A stretch of 64,000 bases of DNA from positions 91,544-155,543 of the forward strand of contig DEAE01000002.1 of assembly GCA_002347025.1 (NCBI GenBank), written 5' to 3'. The notes under the pieces were generated by a model, which did not search any database, was not told the origin of the DNA, and worked only from the letters and a program-made list of their open reading frames with translations. This stretch comes from Acidobacteria bacterium UBA2990 (GTDB lineage: Bacteria > Acidobacteriota > Vicinamibacteria > Vicinamibacterales > UBA8438). Below, piece by piece: positions 36,591-46,028 of the stretch (position 1 is the stretch's first letter; each line of letters starts with the position of its first letter). A program made the position numbers and the translations under genes.

Positions 36591-39005
36591 ATGCCTCGGA
36601 GGTTATCTGTGGTCAGAGCTTTTTTTGTCCCGATCGCGTTGTGGGTGGTTCTGGGGGGGGTAACAGACCCTCTTTGGGCTGCAGGGCAATTGGGAAAGTC
36701 GGAAGCCCTCGATGAACCTGGAGCCCTTATCGGACGATACTGTCTGGGTTGCCACAATGACCGGTTAACTACAGGCGGGCTATCCCTCGAGGGGGTTGAT
36801 GCAGGTGATCCAAGCGCCCACCCCGATGTGTGGGAAAGGGTGGTTCGAAAACTGCAGACAGGTGCGATGCCCCCCCAGCCTCGTCCTCGGCCAGACCGAG
36901 ACACCTACGAACAGTTGGTGTCCTATCTTGAAACAGCTCTAGATCAAGTAGCTGCTAGCAGGCCTAATCCTGGAAGAACTGAGACATTTCGGCGTCTCAA
37001 TCGAACGGAATACCAAAACGTAATCCGCGATCTCTTGGCTCTTGATATCGACGCGACTGAACTATTGCCACGCGACGATGCGGCGTTCGGCTTTGACAAC
37101 GTAAACACGGGCGTCCTGTCACCCACGTTGATGGAACGCTACCTGGCGACTGCTCGGACGGTGAGTGAATTGGCTGTGGCGAGCGAGGTTCCGTCGGTTG
37201 GGAGTCGGGTGGTGATCTTGCCTCCGGACAGGACACAGCGGGAACACGTCGATGGCTTGCCGTTCGGAACGCGTGGTGGCACGTTGGTCGAACATACCTT
37301 CCCATTCGATGGCGAATACGAGATTCAGGTGCGGTTGCAGCGGAATCGGAACGAGAATGTGGAAGGTTTGACCGAACCGCACGATATGGAGATCTCGCTC
37401 GATGGCGACAGGCTCGAATTGTTCACGATGGAACCGGATCGTGAGAGCTTTGTGATTCAGGCGAATGCGGCCTATTACACCGATGAAGGCATCGACAATC
37501 ACCTAAATGCCAGGCTATCGGTAACGGCTGGGCCGCATACAGTCGGGGCGACCTTTATTAAAAAGAACTCGGCCTTGTTGGAATCCACAAGGCAGCCCTA
37601 TCAGGCGCAATTTAACAATGATCGTCACCCTCGGCAGCAGCCTGCGGTTCGGTCGGTATCGATTGTTGGTCCGTTCAGTCCGACTGGTGTCGGTGAGACT
37701 CCTAGTCGGCGGCGAATCTTTTCTTGCCGACCGGCAACAGAGTCTGTCGACGACGCTGAGGAATGTGCCACGGCGATCGTGGGGACGCTCGCCCGTCGTG
37801 CCTATCGGCGTCCAGTGTCGGTGGATGACCTTGAGCAACTCCTGTCCTTTTATCGAGAAGGGCATGCGGTGGGTGGGTTTGAAGTTGGTATCGAAACGGC
37901 ACTACGTGCGCTGCTTGCGAGTCCTGAATTTCTGTTTCGGATTGAGCGCGACCCCGATGATGTAGAGGCTGGCACGGCCTACTTGGTGAGTGACCTTGAA
38001 CTGGCAACGCGGCTGTCATTCTTTTTGTGGAGCAGCCTGCCTGATGACGAACTCCTTGATGTGGCGTCAGCGAAGCAGTTGCGAGACCCTCAGGTATTAA
38101 AGGCCCAAGTGAAGCGAATGTTAGCTGACCCGCGCGCCGAAACCCTCACCAGCAATTTTGCTTCCCAGTGGCTCCATTTGAGAAATTTGGATGCGGTTCA
38201 GCCAGACTCTCGATTATTCCCGGACTTTGACGACAATCTGCGTCTAGGATTCCGGAGAGAGACGCAGTTGCTCTTTCGGAGCATCGTTGATGAGGACCGG
38301 AGTGTGACTGACCTCCTGACGGCCGATTACACTTTCTTGAACGAACGGGTAGCAAAGCACTATGGGCTGTCAGGGGTCTACGGCGATCACTTTCGGCGCA
38401 TTTCTCTTCCTGAAGGGAGCCCGCGGGCCGGTTTGCTCGGTCATGGCAGCATCTTGACCGTGACGTCCTATGCCACGCGGACCTCTCCGGTATTGCGTGG
38501 AAAATGGATTCTTGAAAATCTCCTTGGTACTCCGCCTCCACCACCGCCCCCGAACGTCCCTCCGCTGGAGGAGAGCCGTTCGACTACGCAGGTGGTGTCA
38601 ATGCGTGACAGGATGGTTGCTCATCGTCAAAACCCCGCTTGTGCGGTCTGTCACCGCGTTATGGACCCCGCTGGATTGTCGATGGAAAATTTCGATGCGA
38701 TTGGCCGGTGGCGAGACGCTGAGGGTGGTGTGGCGATCGATGCATCTGGCAGTCTTCCCGGCGGCAGTGATTTTGACGGCGTGGTGGGCCTGCAGCAAGC
38801 TTTGCTCGACCGTCCAGATGTGTTTGTTCGAACAGTGACAGAAAAGCTTCTGATTTATGCTCTGGGTCGAGGCCTTGAGCATACGGATGCTTCGGCGGTT
38901 CGTGAGATTCTTCGTGTGTCAGCTAGTGACGACTATCGTCTTTCAGCTCTCGTGGTTGGTGTGGTTGAAAGTACGCCCTTCCAGATGAGGAGATCGCAGT
39001 CATGA
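36591..39005 (+). CDS. DUF1592-type protein with two CxxCH motifs, copy 2
   Basis: ATG at 36591 (MPRRLSVVRAFFVPIALWVVLGG). Motifs are YCLGCHNDRLTTGGLSLE...LQTGAMPP, LATRLSFFLWSS, GTPPPPPPPNVPPLEE and HRQNPACAVCHRVMDPAGLSMENFDAIGRWR. The track ORF starts at 36390. Confidence 0.75.
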   Translation: MPRRLSVVRAFFVPIALWVVLGGVTDPLWAAGQLGKSEALDEPGALIGRYCLGCHNDRLTTGGLSLEGVDAGDPSAHPDVWERVVRKLQTGAMPPQPRPRPDRDTYEQLVSYLETALDQVAASRPNPGRTETFRRLNRTEYQNVIRDLLALDIDATELLPRDDAAFGFDNVNTGVLSPTLMERYLATARTVSELAVASEVPSVGSRVVILPPDRTQREHVDGLPFGTRGGTLVEHTFPFDGEYEIQVRLQRNRNENVEGLTEPHDMEISLDGDRLELFTMEPDRESFVIQANAAYYTDEGIDNHLNARLSVTAGPHTVGATFIKKNSALLESTRQPYQAQFNNDRHPRQQPAVRSVSIVGPFSPTGVGETPSRRRIFSCRPATESVDDAEECATAIVGTLARRAYRRPVSVDDLEQLLSFYREGHAVGGFEVGIETALRALLASPEFLFRIERDPDDVEAGTAYLVSDLELATRLSFFLWSSLPDDELLDVASAKQLRDPQVLKAQVKRMLADPRAETLTSNFASQWLHLRNLDAVQPDSRLFPDFDDNLRLGFRRETQLLFRSIVDEDRSVTDLLTADYTFLNERVAKHYGLSGVYGDHFRRISLPEGSPRAGLLGHGSILTVTSYATRTSPVLRGKWILENLLGTPPPPPPPNVPPLEESRSTTQVVSMRDRMVAHRQNPACAVCHRVMDPAGLSMENFDAIGRWRDAEGGVAIDASGSLPGGSDFDGVVGLQQALLDRPDVFVRTVTEKLLIYALGRGLEHTDASAVREILRVSASDDYRLSALVVGVVESTPFQMRRSQS

Positions 39006-40348
39006 TCATCAAGAAGATGGCCTTACCTCGACGAACATTCTTGCGTGGTGTCGGTGCAACACTGGCGTTGCCACTGCTCGATGCGATGGTGCCAGCGGCG
39101 TCTGCTTTAACCAGAACGGCGGCGACTCCGCCACGGCGGCTCGGTTACGTCTATATCCCGATGGGAATGAATCCAGTGCCATGGACTCCGGCTGAAGTGG
39201 GACCGCTTACCACGCTGTCACCTTCCCTGTCTCCGCTCATGCCCCATCTTGAACACTTGACGGTCATGACCAACCTGGAGATCAATGATGCACACATCTC
39301 CGGGAATCACGCGTCGGCCAATTCGGCTTTCCTCACCTGTGTGCGGCCCAAACGGACAGAAGGTAGCGACTATGTGAACGGGACGTCGGTAGACCAGATC
39401 GCGGCCTCCCAGGTTGGCGGTGAGACACCGCTGCCATCCCTCGAAATTGGCACCGACCTTATCGCTCAGGTAGGAAACTGCGACAATGGGTTTGCATGTG
39501 CGTATATGAACAGTCTGTCTTGGTCATCGCCGACATCGCCGAACCCAACAGAGGCTGATCCGCGTATCGTGTTTGAGCGATTATTTGGAAGGGGTGGCAC
39601 CCCGGAACAGCGTCAGGCTCAGCTCCATCGAGATCGAAGCATCCTTGACTGGGTGCTCGAGGATATGTCGCGCCTGCAGCATCAGCTGGGCGCTGGGGAT
39701 CGGACCAGGGTGAGCGAGTATCTTGATACGGTCCGTGAGGTGGAGCGTCGGATTCAGCGCGCTGAAGAATCTGCGACTGACTCGCCTCTGGAGGACTTGA
39801 CTCGTCCGACGAGTGTTCCTGAGGTGTGGGAGGACCATGTCAAACTAATGTATGACCTGCAGGTGTTGGCGCTAAGGGCCGACCTGACTCGGATTATCAC
39901 CTTCCAGATGGCCCGTGAGGCGAGCACCCGGACTTACCCGCAGATTGGTGTCCCAGAACCACATCATCCAACCTCACATCACCTCGACAACCCAGAGAAG
40001 TTGGCCCAGTTGGCGAAGATTAACCAGTATCACGTGTCTCTTTTTGGCTACCTGGTGGAGCAGTTAAAGAGCACTGAGGATGGGGATGGGAGTTTGCTTG
40101 ACCACACAACCTATCTTTTGGGAAGCGGACTGGGGAATCCGAATGTCCACGATCATCGCAATCTGCCAATCGTAATCGCAAGTGGTGCTGGTTCCAGAAT
40201 TACTGGCGGCCGGCACGTCAAATATGAGGCATTAACCCCACTGGCCAATCTGCATCTCACGCTTCTCGACGAGGTGGGTGTGCACCTTGACGACTTTGCT
40301 GACAGCACAGGTCGTGCAGGATTAGCGACCGAGCCATTGACAGTGTAG
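39002..40348 (+). CDS. DUF1552-type protein with a Tat-like signal, copy 2
   Basis: MIIKKMALPRRTFLRGVGATLALPLLDAM, LPSLEIG and GVPEPHHPTSHH. There is a 4-nt ATGA overlap with the upstream gene. Confidence 0.7.
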   Translation: MIIKKMALPRRTFLRGVGATLALPLLDAMVPAASALTRTAATPPRRLGYVYIPMGMNPVPWTPAEVGPLTTLSPSLSPLMPHLEHLTVMTNLEINDAHISGNHASANSAFLTCVRPKRTEGSDYVNGTSVDQIAASQVGGETPLPSLEIGTDLIAQVGNCDNGFACAYMNSLSWSSPTSPNPTEADPRIVFERLFGRGGTPEQRQAQLHRDRSILDWVLEDMSRLQHQLGAGDRTRVSEYLDTVREVERRIQRAEESATDSPLEDLTRPTSVPEVWEDHVKLMYDLQVLALRADLTRIITFQMAREASTRTYPQIGVPEPHHPTSHHLDNPEKLAQLAKINQYHVSLFGYLVEQLKSTEDGDGSLLDHTTYLLGSGLGNPNVHDHRNLPIVIASGAGSRITGGRHVKYEALTPLANLHLTLLDEVGVHLDDFADSTGRAGLATEPLTV

Positions 40349-40372
40349 CCCGGCATTGCTTGGAGGTAGATC

Positions 40373-41854
40373 ATGCGAGTTCTCGCGATCCAGTTGATAG
40401 CATTGCACTTGGTGTTGGGACCTGTCTCGGCAGCCGGCTCTCCGGGGACAGATATTGGTCTGCTTGGCGCGGTCAGAGGCGGTGATGCTACCGGTGTGCA
40501 CGACGCCATCGATGGCGGGGCTGATGTGACTGCTAGTGATCCGGATGGGACCACTGCTCTCCATTGGGCCGCACACGCCGACGATCCGGCTATCGTTGAA
40601 CTGCTCTTGGCGGCCGGAGCCGACCCTCTGGCGGTTAACCGTTTTGGGGTGGCCCCGATCGCATTGGCCTGTGTTAATGGCAATGCTCCCATTGTGAGAT
40701 TGTTGCTGGATGCCGGGGCTGACCCAAACACAGTGTTGGCTGAGGGGGAGACCTCCCTCATGACAGCGGCCCGCACCGGCTCCCTTGAGGTTGTGAGGCT
40801 GCTGCTTGAGCGTGGAGCCGATGTGAACGCGAGGGATGCCTGGCGAGGGCAGACGGCCCTCATGTGGGCCTCGGCTGAAGGGCATGCACAGATCATCCCG
40901 ACCATGTTGTCCTATGGTGGCGATATGACGGCTCGGTCAGATAAGGGGTGGACCGCACTGCTGTTTGCTGTTCGTGAGGGGCAGATAGACGTAGTGCAAA
41001 CCTTGCTTGAAGCTGGTGGCAACGTGGAAGAAACTCTTCCGGTTGAGGAGGAAAGACGCCGTGGCGGGACCAGTGCAGAACGCTCGGCTACCGGTCTCAA
41101 TGCATTCCTGCTGGCGGCAGCCAATGCGCATTACGAACTTGCTGCATTCCTTGTTGACCGTGGGGCAGATGTGAATGTCTCGACAAGAGGTTGGACTGCG
41201 CTTCATCAGGTCTCTTGGGTGCGTAAAGCAGGTATTGCGGGTAGTAACAATCCTGCCCCGACCGGTTCGGGTAATATGACCAGTCTTGAGTTTGTTAAGA
41301 AACTCGTCGCCGCTGGCGCTGATGTCAATGCCCGGGTCACTATTCGACCGCCGGCGGGTATCACTAGGTTGAATTTCATTGGCGGAACCCCGTTTCTTTT
41401 GGCTGCCAGGACAGGCGATGCGGACTTGATGCGTCTGTTGGCCGACCTCGGTGCCGATCCACTACTTCCCAACGAAGATAACACTACCCCGATCATGGTC
41501 GCTGCCGGGGTCGGTACTGCCGCGCCTGGGGAAGACCCAGGGACTGAGGCCGAAGTGCTTGAAGCGGTCAAAATCGCACTTGAGCTAGGTGGGGATCTAA
41601 ATGGTGTGGATGACAAGGGTGAGACCGCGATGCATGGTGCCGCTTGGAAACATCTGCCTGGTGTGGTGGCTTTTCTCGCGCAAGCTGGTGCTGATGTAGA
41701 CGTGTGGAATCAGCGGAACTCGAGAGACTGGACACCGCTCGATATTGTCGGGGTGCACCTCGATATGAATCGTCAGAGTAGTCCGGAGACTGCGGCTGCT
41801 ATTCGGAAGGTCATGATGGCTGCTGGGATTGCCCTTCCTCCAGTCGGTAATTAG
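40373..41854 (+). CDS. Secreted ankyrin-repeat protein, copy 2
   Basis: 493 aa, the same length as copy 1. Signal peptide plus TALHWAAHADDPAIVELLLAAGADP and further ANK units. Confidence 0.8.
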   Translation: MRVLAIQLIALHLVLGPVSAAGSPGTDIGLLGAVRGGDATGVHDAIDGGADVTASDPDGTTALHWAAHADDPAIVELLLAAGADPLAVNRFGVAPIALACVNGNAPIVRLLLDAGADPNTVLAEGETSLMTAARTGSLEVVRLLLERGADVNARDAWRGQTALMWASAEGHAQIIPTMLSYGGDMTARSDKGWTALLFAVREGQIDVVQTLLEAGGNVEETLPVEEERRRGGTSAERSATGLNAFLLAAANAHYELAAFLVDRGADVNVSTRGWTALHQVSWVRKAGIAGSNNPAPTGSGNMTSLEFVKKLVAAGADVNARVTIRPPAGITRLNFIGGTPFLLAARTGDADLMRLLADLGADPLLPNEDNTTPIMVAAGVGTAAPGEDPGTEAEVLEAVKIALELGGDLNGVDDKGETAMHGAAWKHLPGVVAFLAQAGADVDVWNQRNSRDWTPLDIVGVHLDMNRQSSPETAAAIRKVMMAAGIALPPVGN

Positions 41855-42048
41855 ATTGCTTGTGAGTCATCGCCCTCGTATTTAAACTGTTTCGGCGGTT
41901 AGCGCAGGCCCGGTCAAAGTTACTTCTACGTCCGTACATCCTCACCTTACTTGGCCTTGGGCAGAGCGACACTGGGTTCAGCGTGGCTTGTTCTTGTGTT
42001 GCTGTGCCTGCTAGCAAATCTGAAGTTCCAAGCTGTTTGAATTAATAA

Positions 42049-42063
42049 TGAGAACTGGTCTCA
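42049..42063. promoter_or_regulatory. Fur-family-like 7-1-7 operator, site 1
   Basis: TGAGAAC-T-GGTCTCA in an AT-rich stretch about 145 nt upstream of the ATG at 42207. Confidence 0.5.
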
Positions 42064-42107
42064 TTTATATTGACTGATGGCCCGTCGGCGGTTAGTCTGT
42101 CCAATAA

Positions 42108-42122
42108 TGAGACTCAATATCA
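42108..42122. promoter_or_regulatory. Fur-family-like 7-1-7 operator, site 2
   Basis: TGAGACT-C-AATATCA, 85 nt upstream of the ATG at 42207. Confidence 0.45.
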
Positions 42123-42206
42123 TTTTTAACGGCTGGCCATTCGTTGTTTCCTCGGAACCAACTCGTTCTCATAGACCTAGTAGATATCCCCGGGGTGAAC
42201 ATTTCT

Positions 42207-43304
42207 ATGACTAGGCTATTGGCAGTTGGCGGCCGCGGTCCTGTCGGGCTTCTCTTTTTGGTCTCACTGTTTGGATGTGGTGGGGCAGACACTGAGGTAG
42301 TCGAGGACGTCAAGAGAGTCTCTGAGAGCGAATCCTCGTCTGATTCCCTTGAAGGGCGCCATCTTGCGAATCTGCGTCAGGTGACCTTCGGAGGTGAGAA
42401 TGCTGAGGCCTATTATTCGCCCGATGGTGAGCGGCTGATTTTTCAGAGTCGGCGTGACGGCGTGCCTTGTGACCAGATTTTTCAAATGGATTTGGATGGA
42501 CGCAATGCTGGCATGGTCAGCACGGGTGCGGGACGCACTACCTGTGGATATTTTCTATCTGATGGTGAGTCGATCATCTATTCATCCACTCATTTAGGGA
42601 ATGTCGAATGTCCACCAGAGCCTGGGTTTGAAAGGGGCTACGTATGGCCTATTTATGCTAGCTACGATATTTTCACTGCGAATTCCGATGGTAGCGGAAT
42701 AACCCGAATCACCGAGAGCTCCGGATATGACGCGGAGGCAACCGTGGGACCGAATGGACGGGTAGTCTTCACAAGTGTCCGTGATGGTGATCTGGAGATT
42801 TATTCGATGAACGAGGATGGGTCTGATGTTCGTCGCTTGACGAATCGTCCCGGTCCAGATGGAGGCCCTTTCTTCTCTCATGATGGGCAGAACATTGTAT
42901 TTAGAGGCAGAGAAATTCCTCCAGGTGAAGAACTCGATGATTACCGGTCGCTCTTGGAGCAGGAATTGTGGCGACCGACGGAACTTGAAATTTTCGTTAT
43001 GGATGCCGATGGAGCTAACCTGCGACAGGTTACGGATTTAGGAGGAGCTAGCTTCGCACCCTTCTGGCACCCAGATAATGAGCGAATCATTTTTAGCTCC
43101 AATTGGCATAACCCAGGGGGCAGGAATTTTGATCTGTTTATGGTGCGAGAGGATGGCACTGACCTTGAGCAGATAACCTTTAATGAGACCTTTGATGGTT
43201 TTCCGATGTTTTCACCAAACGGCGGACAACTTGTATTTGCTTCAAACCGAGATGCAGCTGCTGAAGGTGACACCAACGTGTTTGTTGCCGACTGGGTGGA
43301 TTAG
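42207..43304 (+). CDS. TolB-like / PD40 beta-propeller lipoprotein
   Basis: I trimmed the start to the ATG at 42207 (MTRLLAVGG...LFLVSLFGCGG lipobox). Repeated PD40 units are present (YYSPDGERLIFQS, TVGPNGRVVFTS, FFSHDGQNIVFRG, FWHPDNERIIFSS, MFSPNGGQLVFAS). Confidence 0.7.
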   Translation: MTRLLAVGGRGPVGLLFLVSLFGCGGADTEVVEDVKRVSESESSSDSLEGRHLANLRQVTFGGENAEAYYSPDGERLIFQSRRDGVPCDQIFQMDLDGRNAGMVSTGAGRTTCGYFLSDGESIIYSSTHLGNVECPPEPGFERGYVWPIYASYDIFTANSDGSGITRITESSGYDAEATVGPNGRVVFTSVRDGDLEIYSMNEDGSDVRRLTNRPGPDGGPFFSHDGQNIVFRGREIPPGEELDDYRSLLEQELWRPTELEIFVMDADGANLRQVTDLGGASFAPFWHPDNERIIFSSNWHNPGGRNFDLFMVREDGTDLEQITFNETFDGFPMFSPNGGQLVFASNRDAAAEGDTNVFVADWVD

Positions 43305-43347
43305 AGGTTCGAGAGGCAGTGTCTAGGTCTACTTGTGGTGGGCAAAT

Positions 43348-43602
43348 ATGGGCGACGAATTGGGTGTTTTGGCAGATGGACTTGTTATTGCGATCCCGCT
43401 TGTCATACTGGTCGGATTGACAGTTGCTGGGTTGGGTACGTTGCTGTTGTGGGCTGAGGTGATACACCAGACAGGTATGTCCTGCTTGAAATGTCTAGGT
43501 GGGCGTGGTTGTACCGAATGTGGTGGTGGAGTTACTGAATGCCACAATTGTCGGGGAGTAGCTGTCTGTGAAGCGTGTAGCCAGAAGCCTGTCAATTCCT
43601 GA
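43348..43602 (+). CDS. Small membrane-anchored protein with a DnaJ-type CxxCxG zinc-finger tail
   Basis: One TM helix (LVIAIPLVILVGLTVAGLGTLLLW), then CLKCLGGRGCTECGGGVTECHNCRGVAVCEAC, which gives four CxxC pairs. Confidence 0.5.
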   Translation: MGDELGVLADGLVIAIPLVILVGLTVAGLGTLLLWAEVIHQTGMSCLKCLGGRGCTECGGGVTECHNCRGVAVCEACSQKPVNS

Positions 43603-43811
43603 TGGTGGGTCGGTGGACGCCGGATGAGGTCGTTGAAGGTGTCCCTACCAACATACTGAGAGCTGGGTGGGCAACCAGGATATGAGTCGTAGCGAATTGG
43701 CTGGACAGGTGTTGGTTAGATCGATCATGGGCCTTGTGGTATGTGACGACTTCCGTCGAAATGAGCCATCAATGGTGATGACTACTTCGGGAAATCAGTG
43801 AGGGAAGGTTT

Positions 43812-45578
43812 TTGGCTAAGAGAATTATTGAGGACCTGTGTTCTGCGTTGAACATCGCAGCTCTTCTGATTGTCGGTTCTGTAACTCTGACCCCGCAATC
43901 AGTATTTTCTCAGGGTTTCTCCACGAGGGCCTCCGAGGCCATTCCCCTAGTGGCCCCGGCCGTACAGGGGGACACCGGATTCGTGGTGGTGGCGCCTGAC
44001 CGGGGTTTCCTTGGTAACGAGGAAGTACGGGATGCATTTAGAAGGTTCAGTGAGTTGTTTCGAGCCGAGTTGGCGTTCTTGCCGTGGGATGGCGATGTGG
44101 CGAGATATGTGAGAAGGGCAGTTACTCGCCTGAGTGATAGAGGGGCTGGGCGTGTGGTTGTGTTGCCTCTTGTGGTAGCGGATTCCCACCCGTTGTTGCG
44201 ACGTTTGGAACAGAGTTTCAGAGACGATCTTGCCGACGTTTTGATGGCTAAATCCTTTGGGAAATCGTATTTGGCTGAGGAGGTATTGATTGATCGCTTG
44301 AAGGCGAGTGCTCTGCTGAATCCGGCAGTGCGTGGTTCCGGTCGAGACGGTGACTCTGAGGGTGAAAAGACTGCCATTGTGATTGTGAGTGGTGGTGCTT
44401 TCGGAGACGAGGAGGAGATTCGTGGGATCGAAGATGAGGTTCAAGGGTTAGTCCGTCCAGTCGGTAGCTACTTCGATGTTTCAGAGACCCGAACGGTTGT
44501 GCTGAGGCATATAACTGGTGGTGTCGATGGGGTACAGGCCTCGCTTGAGTATTTCAAGGTTGAGGTAGACCAACTCGTGGAATCCCATGATCAAGTGGTG
44601 GTGGTGCCCTTCTACTTGAGCCAGAGGATGGACTCCATGATGGACGAAGTCCAGTTTCTCCGAAGGCAGGTCGATGGCAAGCAAGTCGTAGTACTGCCGC
44701 CTGGGCCGTTACCGCATGAGTTAGTCACCTTGTGGATGTGTCAAGAAGCTAACCGGTGGGTGCCGCTCAGAAAAGATGAGGTCGGCTTTGTAGTCATGCC
44801 TCACGGTTCAGACATTGATTGGAACGAATCGATACGAGAATCTTTGGCGGAACTAGAGCAGGATTACCCTCTTGAGTATGCCTTTTCGATGGCGGACTCC
44901 GAGGTTCTTAGACGATCTGTACGCCGCCTTGAAGCTCGGGGTTATCGAGGCATCGTTGTCTTGCGTGTCTTTTCAATGGAGTCCTCATTCAGGGAGCGAA
45001 TCGACTGGCTCTTAGGGTTGTCTGAGATGTCAGGAAATTCGATGGGTATGGGACTGCCGAAGCGTGTTCGGTCAGCGTCTCTCTTTGCGACTCTTGGAGG
45101 GGTAGAGGACCACCCTTTGTTTGCCAGAGCCTTGCTGGACCGAGCCCTTGAAATCTCGACTCGGCCAACCGAAGAAGCGCTGTTTTTGCTTGGTCACGGG
45201 ACTGGGCCTGGTCCGAGCAACCAGAAATGGCTGGATAACCTTGCGAGTATCCGCGAACAGATTAACGACTTAGGGCATGAGTTCGCCTCGGTGCATGTTG
45301 CGAATTGGCAGGAAGATTGGCCGGCCTTGCGCGATCTTGCAGTAGCTGAGATTCGAGCATTGGTGGACATGGAAATCGAGCAAGGGAGAGCCGTTTTAGT
45401 GGTCCCGGCTCGGATTACGGGGACTGGTCCTGAAATTGGTGAGTTGGCTCATCTGGAACATGTCCGGGTTGGAACAGGTTTTGCTCCACACCCTTTGTTC
45501 AGAACTTGGGCGTCTAGCCAATTCGATGCAGGAAGAAGACTCCTGATGGAGGCAGTAAACACAGCGACTGATAGGTAG
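43812..45578 (+). CDS. Secreted protein made of four tandem CbiX/SirB-like (class II chelatase fold) domains
   Basis: TTG start after GAGGGAAGG, with a signal peptide. There are four ~130-aa units, each ending in a beta-strand motif: RVVVLPLVVADSHP, QVVVVPFYLSQRMD, GIVVLRVFSMESSF and AVLVVPARITGTGP. Units 3 and 4 begin with VVMPHGSD and LLGHGTGP, as in the CbiX HGS motif. Confidence 0.45.
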   Translation: MAKRIIEDLCSALNIAALLIVGSVTLTPQSVFSQGFSTRASEAIPLVAPAVQGDTGFVVVAPDRGFLGNEEVRDAFRRFSELFRAELAFLPWDGDVARYVRRAVTRLSDRGAGRVVVLPLVVADSHPLLRRLEQSFRDDLADVLMAKSFGKSYLAEEVLIDRLKASALLNPAVRGSGRDGDSEGEKTAIVIVSGGAFGDEEEIRGIEDEVQGLVRPVGSYFDVSETRTVVLRHITGGVDGVQASLEYFKVEVDQLVESHDQVVVVPFYLSQRMDSMMDEVQFLRRQVDGKQVVVLPPGPLPHELVTLWMCQEANRWVPLRKDEVGFVVMPHGSDIDWNESIRESLAELEQDYPLEYAFSMADSEVLRRSVRRLEARGYRGIVVLRVFSMESSFRERIDWLLGLSEMSGNSMGMGLPKRVRSASLFATLGGVEDHPLFARALLDRALEISTRPTEEALFLLGHGTGPGPSNQKWLDNLASIREQINDLGHEFASVHVANWQEDWPALRDLAVAEIRALVDMEIEQGRAVLVVPARITGTGPEIGELAHLEHVRVGTGFAPHPLFRTWASSQFDAGRRLLMEAVNTATDR

Positions 45579-45773
45579 TGGGACGTTAGTAGTCGTGGCG
45601 CTGATGGTCCACTAATTGATCGCTATTCCAGTCCAGGTCTGAGAGTTGTCACGTCATTGTCATATGACTGGTAGTTGCCTTTCGGGAAGGCGTCCAGAAT
45701 GAGAGCTACGTGGACGCTACTGTTGAGTGCTCTCTATCAGGACTTAAGAGAACGACTAAGGAAACGGTTGTCC

Positions 45774-45998
45774 ATGGGTAAGAATTCATCGTCGAAGCAG
45801 AACGCTTCATCAAACTGGTTTGTGACACGCTGTAGTCACGGATGTTTACATCTTGACTTGGGTCGTGTCTCTGTGAAGCTGTCACCGCCTGAGCTAAAGT
45901 CTTTGATCACGTTGCTAGGTGACGCCTATATAGAGCTGTGTGAGGATGAGCAGGTTCAGGTAGAGTTTGACCGCTCAACTGGAGAGTTTACCCATTAG
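45774..45998 (+). CDS. Small hypothetical protein
   Basis: ORF between the CbiX-like and PepSY genes. ATG at 45774 after AAGGAAA. The track start at 45675 is also possible. No motif. Confidence 0.3.
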   Translation: MGKNSSSKQNASSNWFVTRCSHGCLHLDLGRVSVKLSPPELKSLITLLGDAYIELCEDEQVQVEFDRSTGEFTH

Positions 45999-46028
45999 TG
46001 CATCACCAGTGTCTGAGAAGCCAGCGAG

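Noticed and set aside
40153-40905. 250-aa and 187-aa minus-strand ORFs inside the second ankyrin gene. Similar long antisense ORFs occur at 26343-27032, 43910-44444, 5407-5877, 36512-36904 and 41206-41616.
   Set aside because: All lie antisense to genes with strong family signatures. They are Ala/Ser/Pro/Arg-rich with no motifs, which is the expected by-product of GC-rich codon usage.
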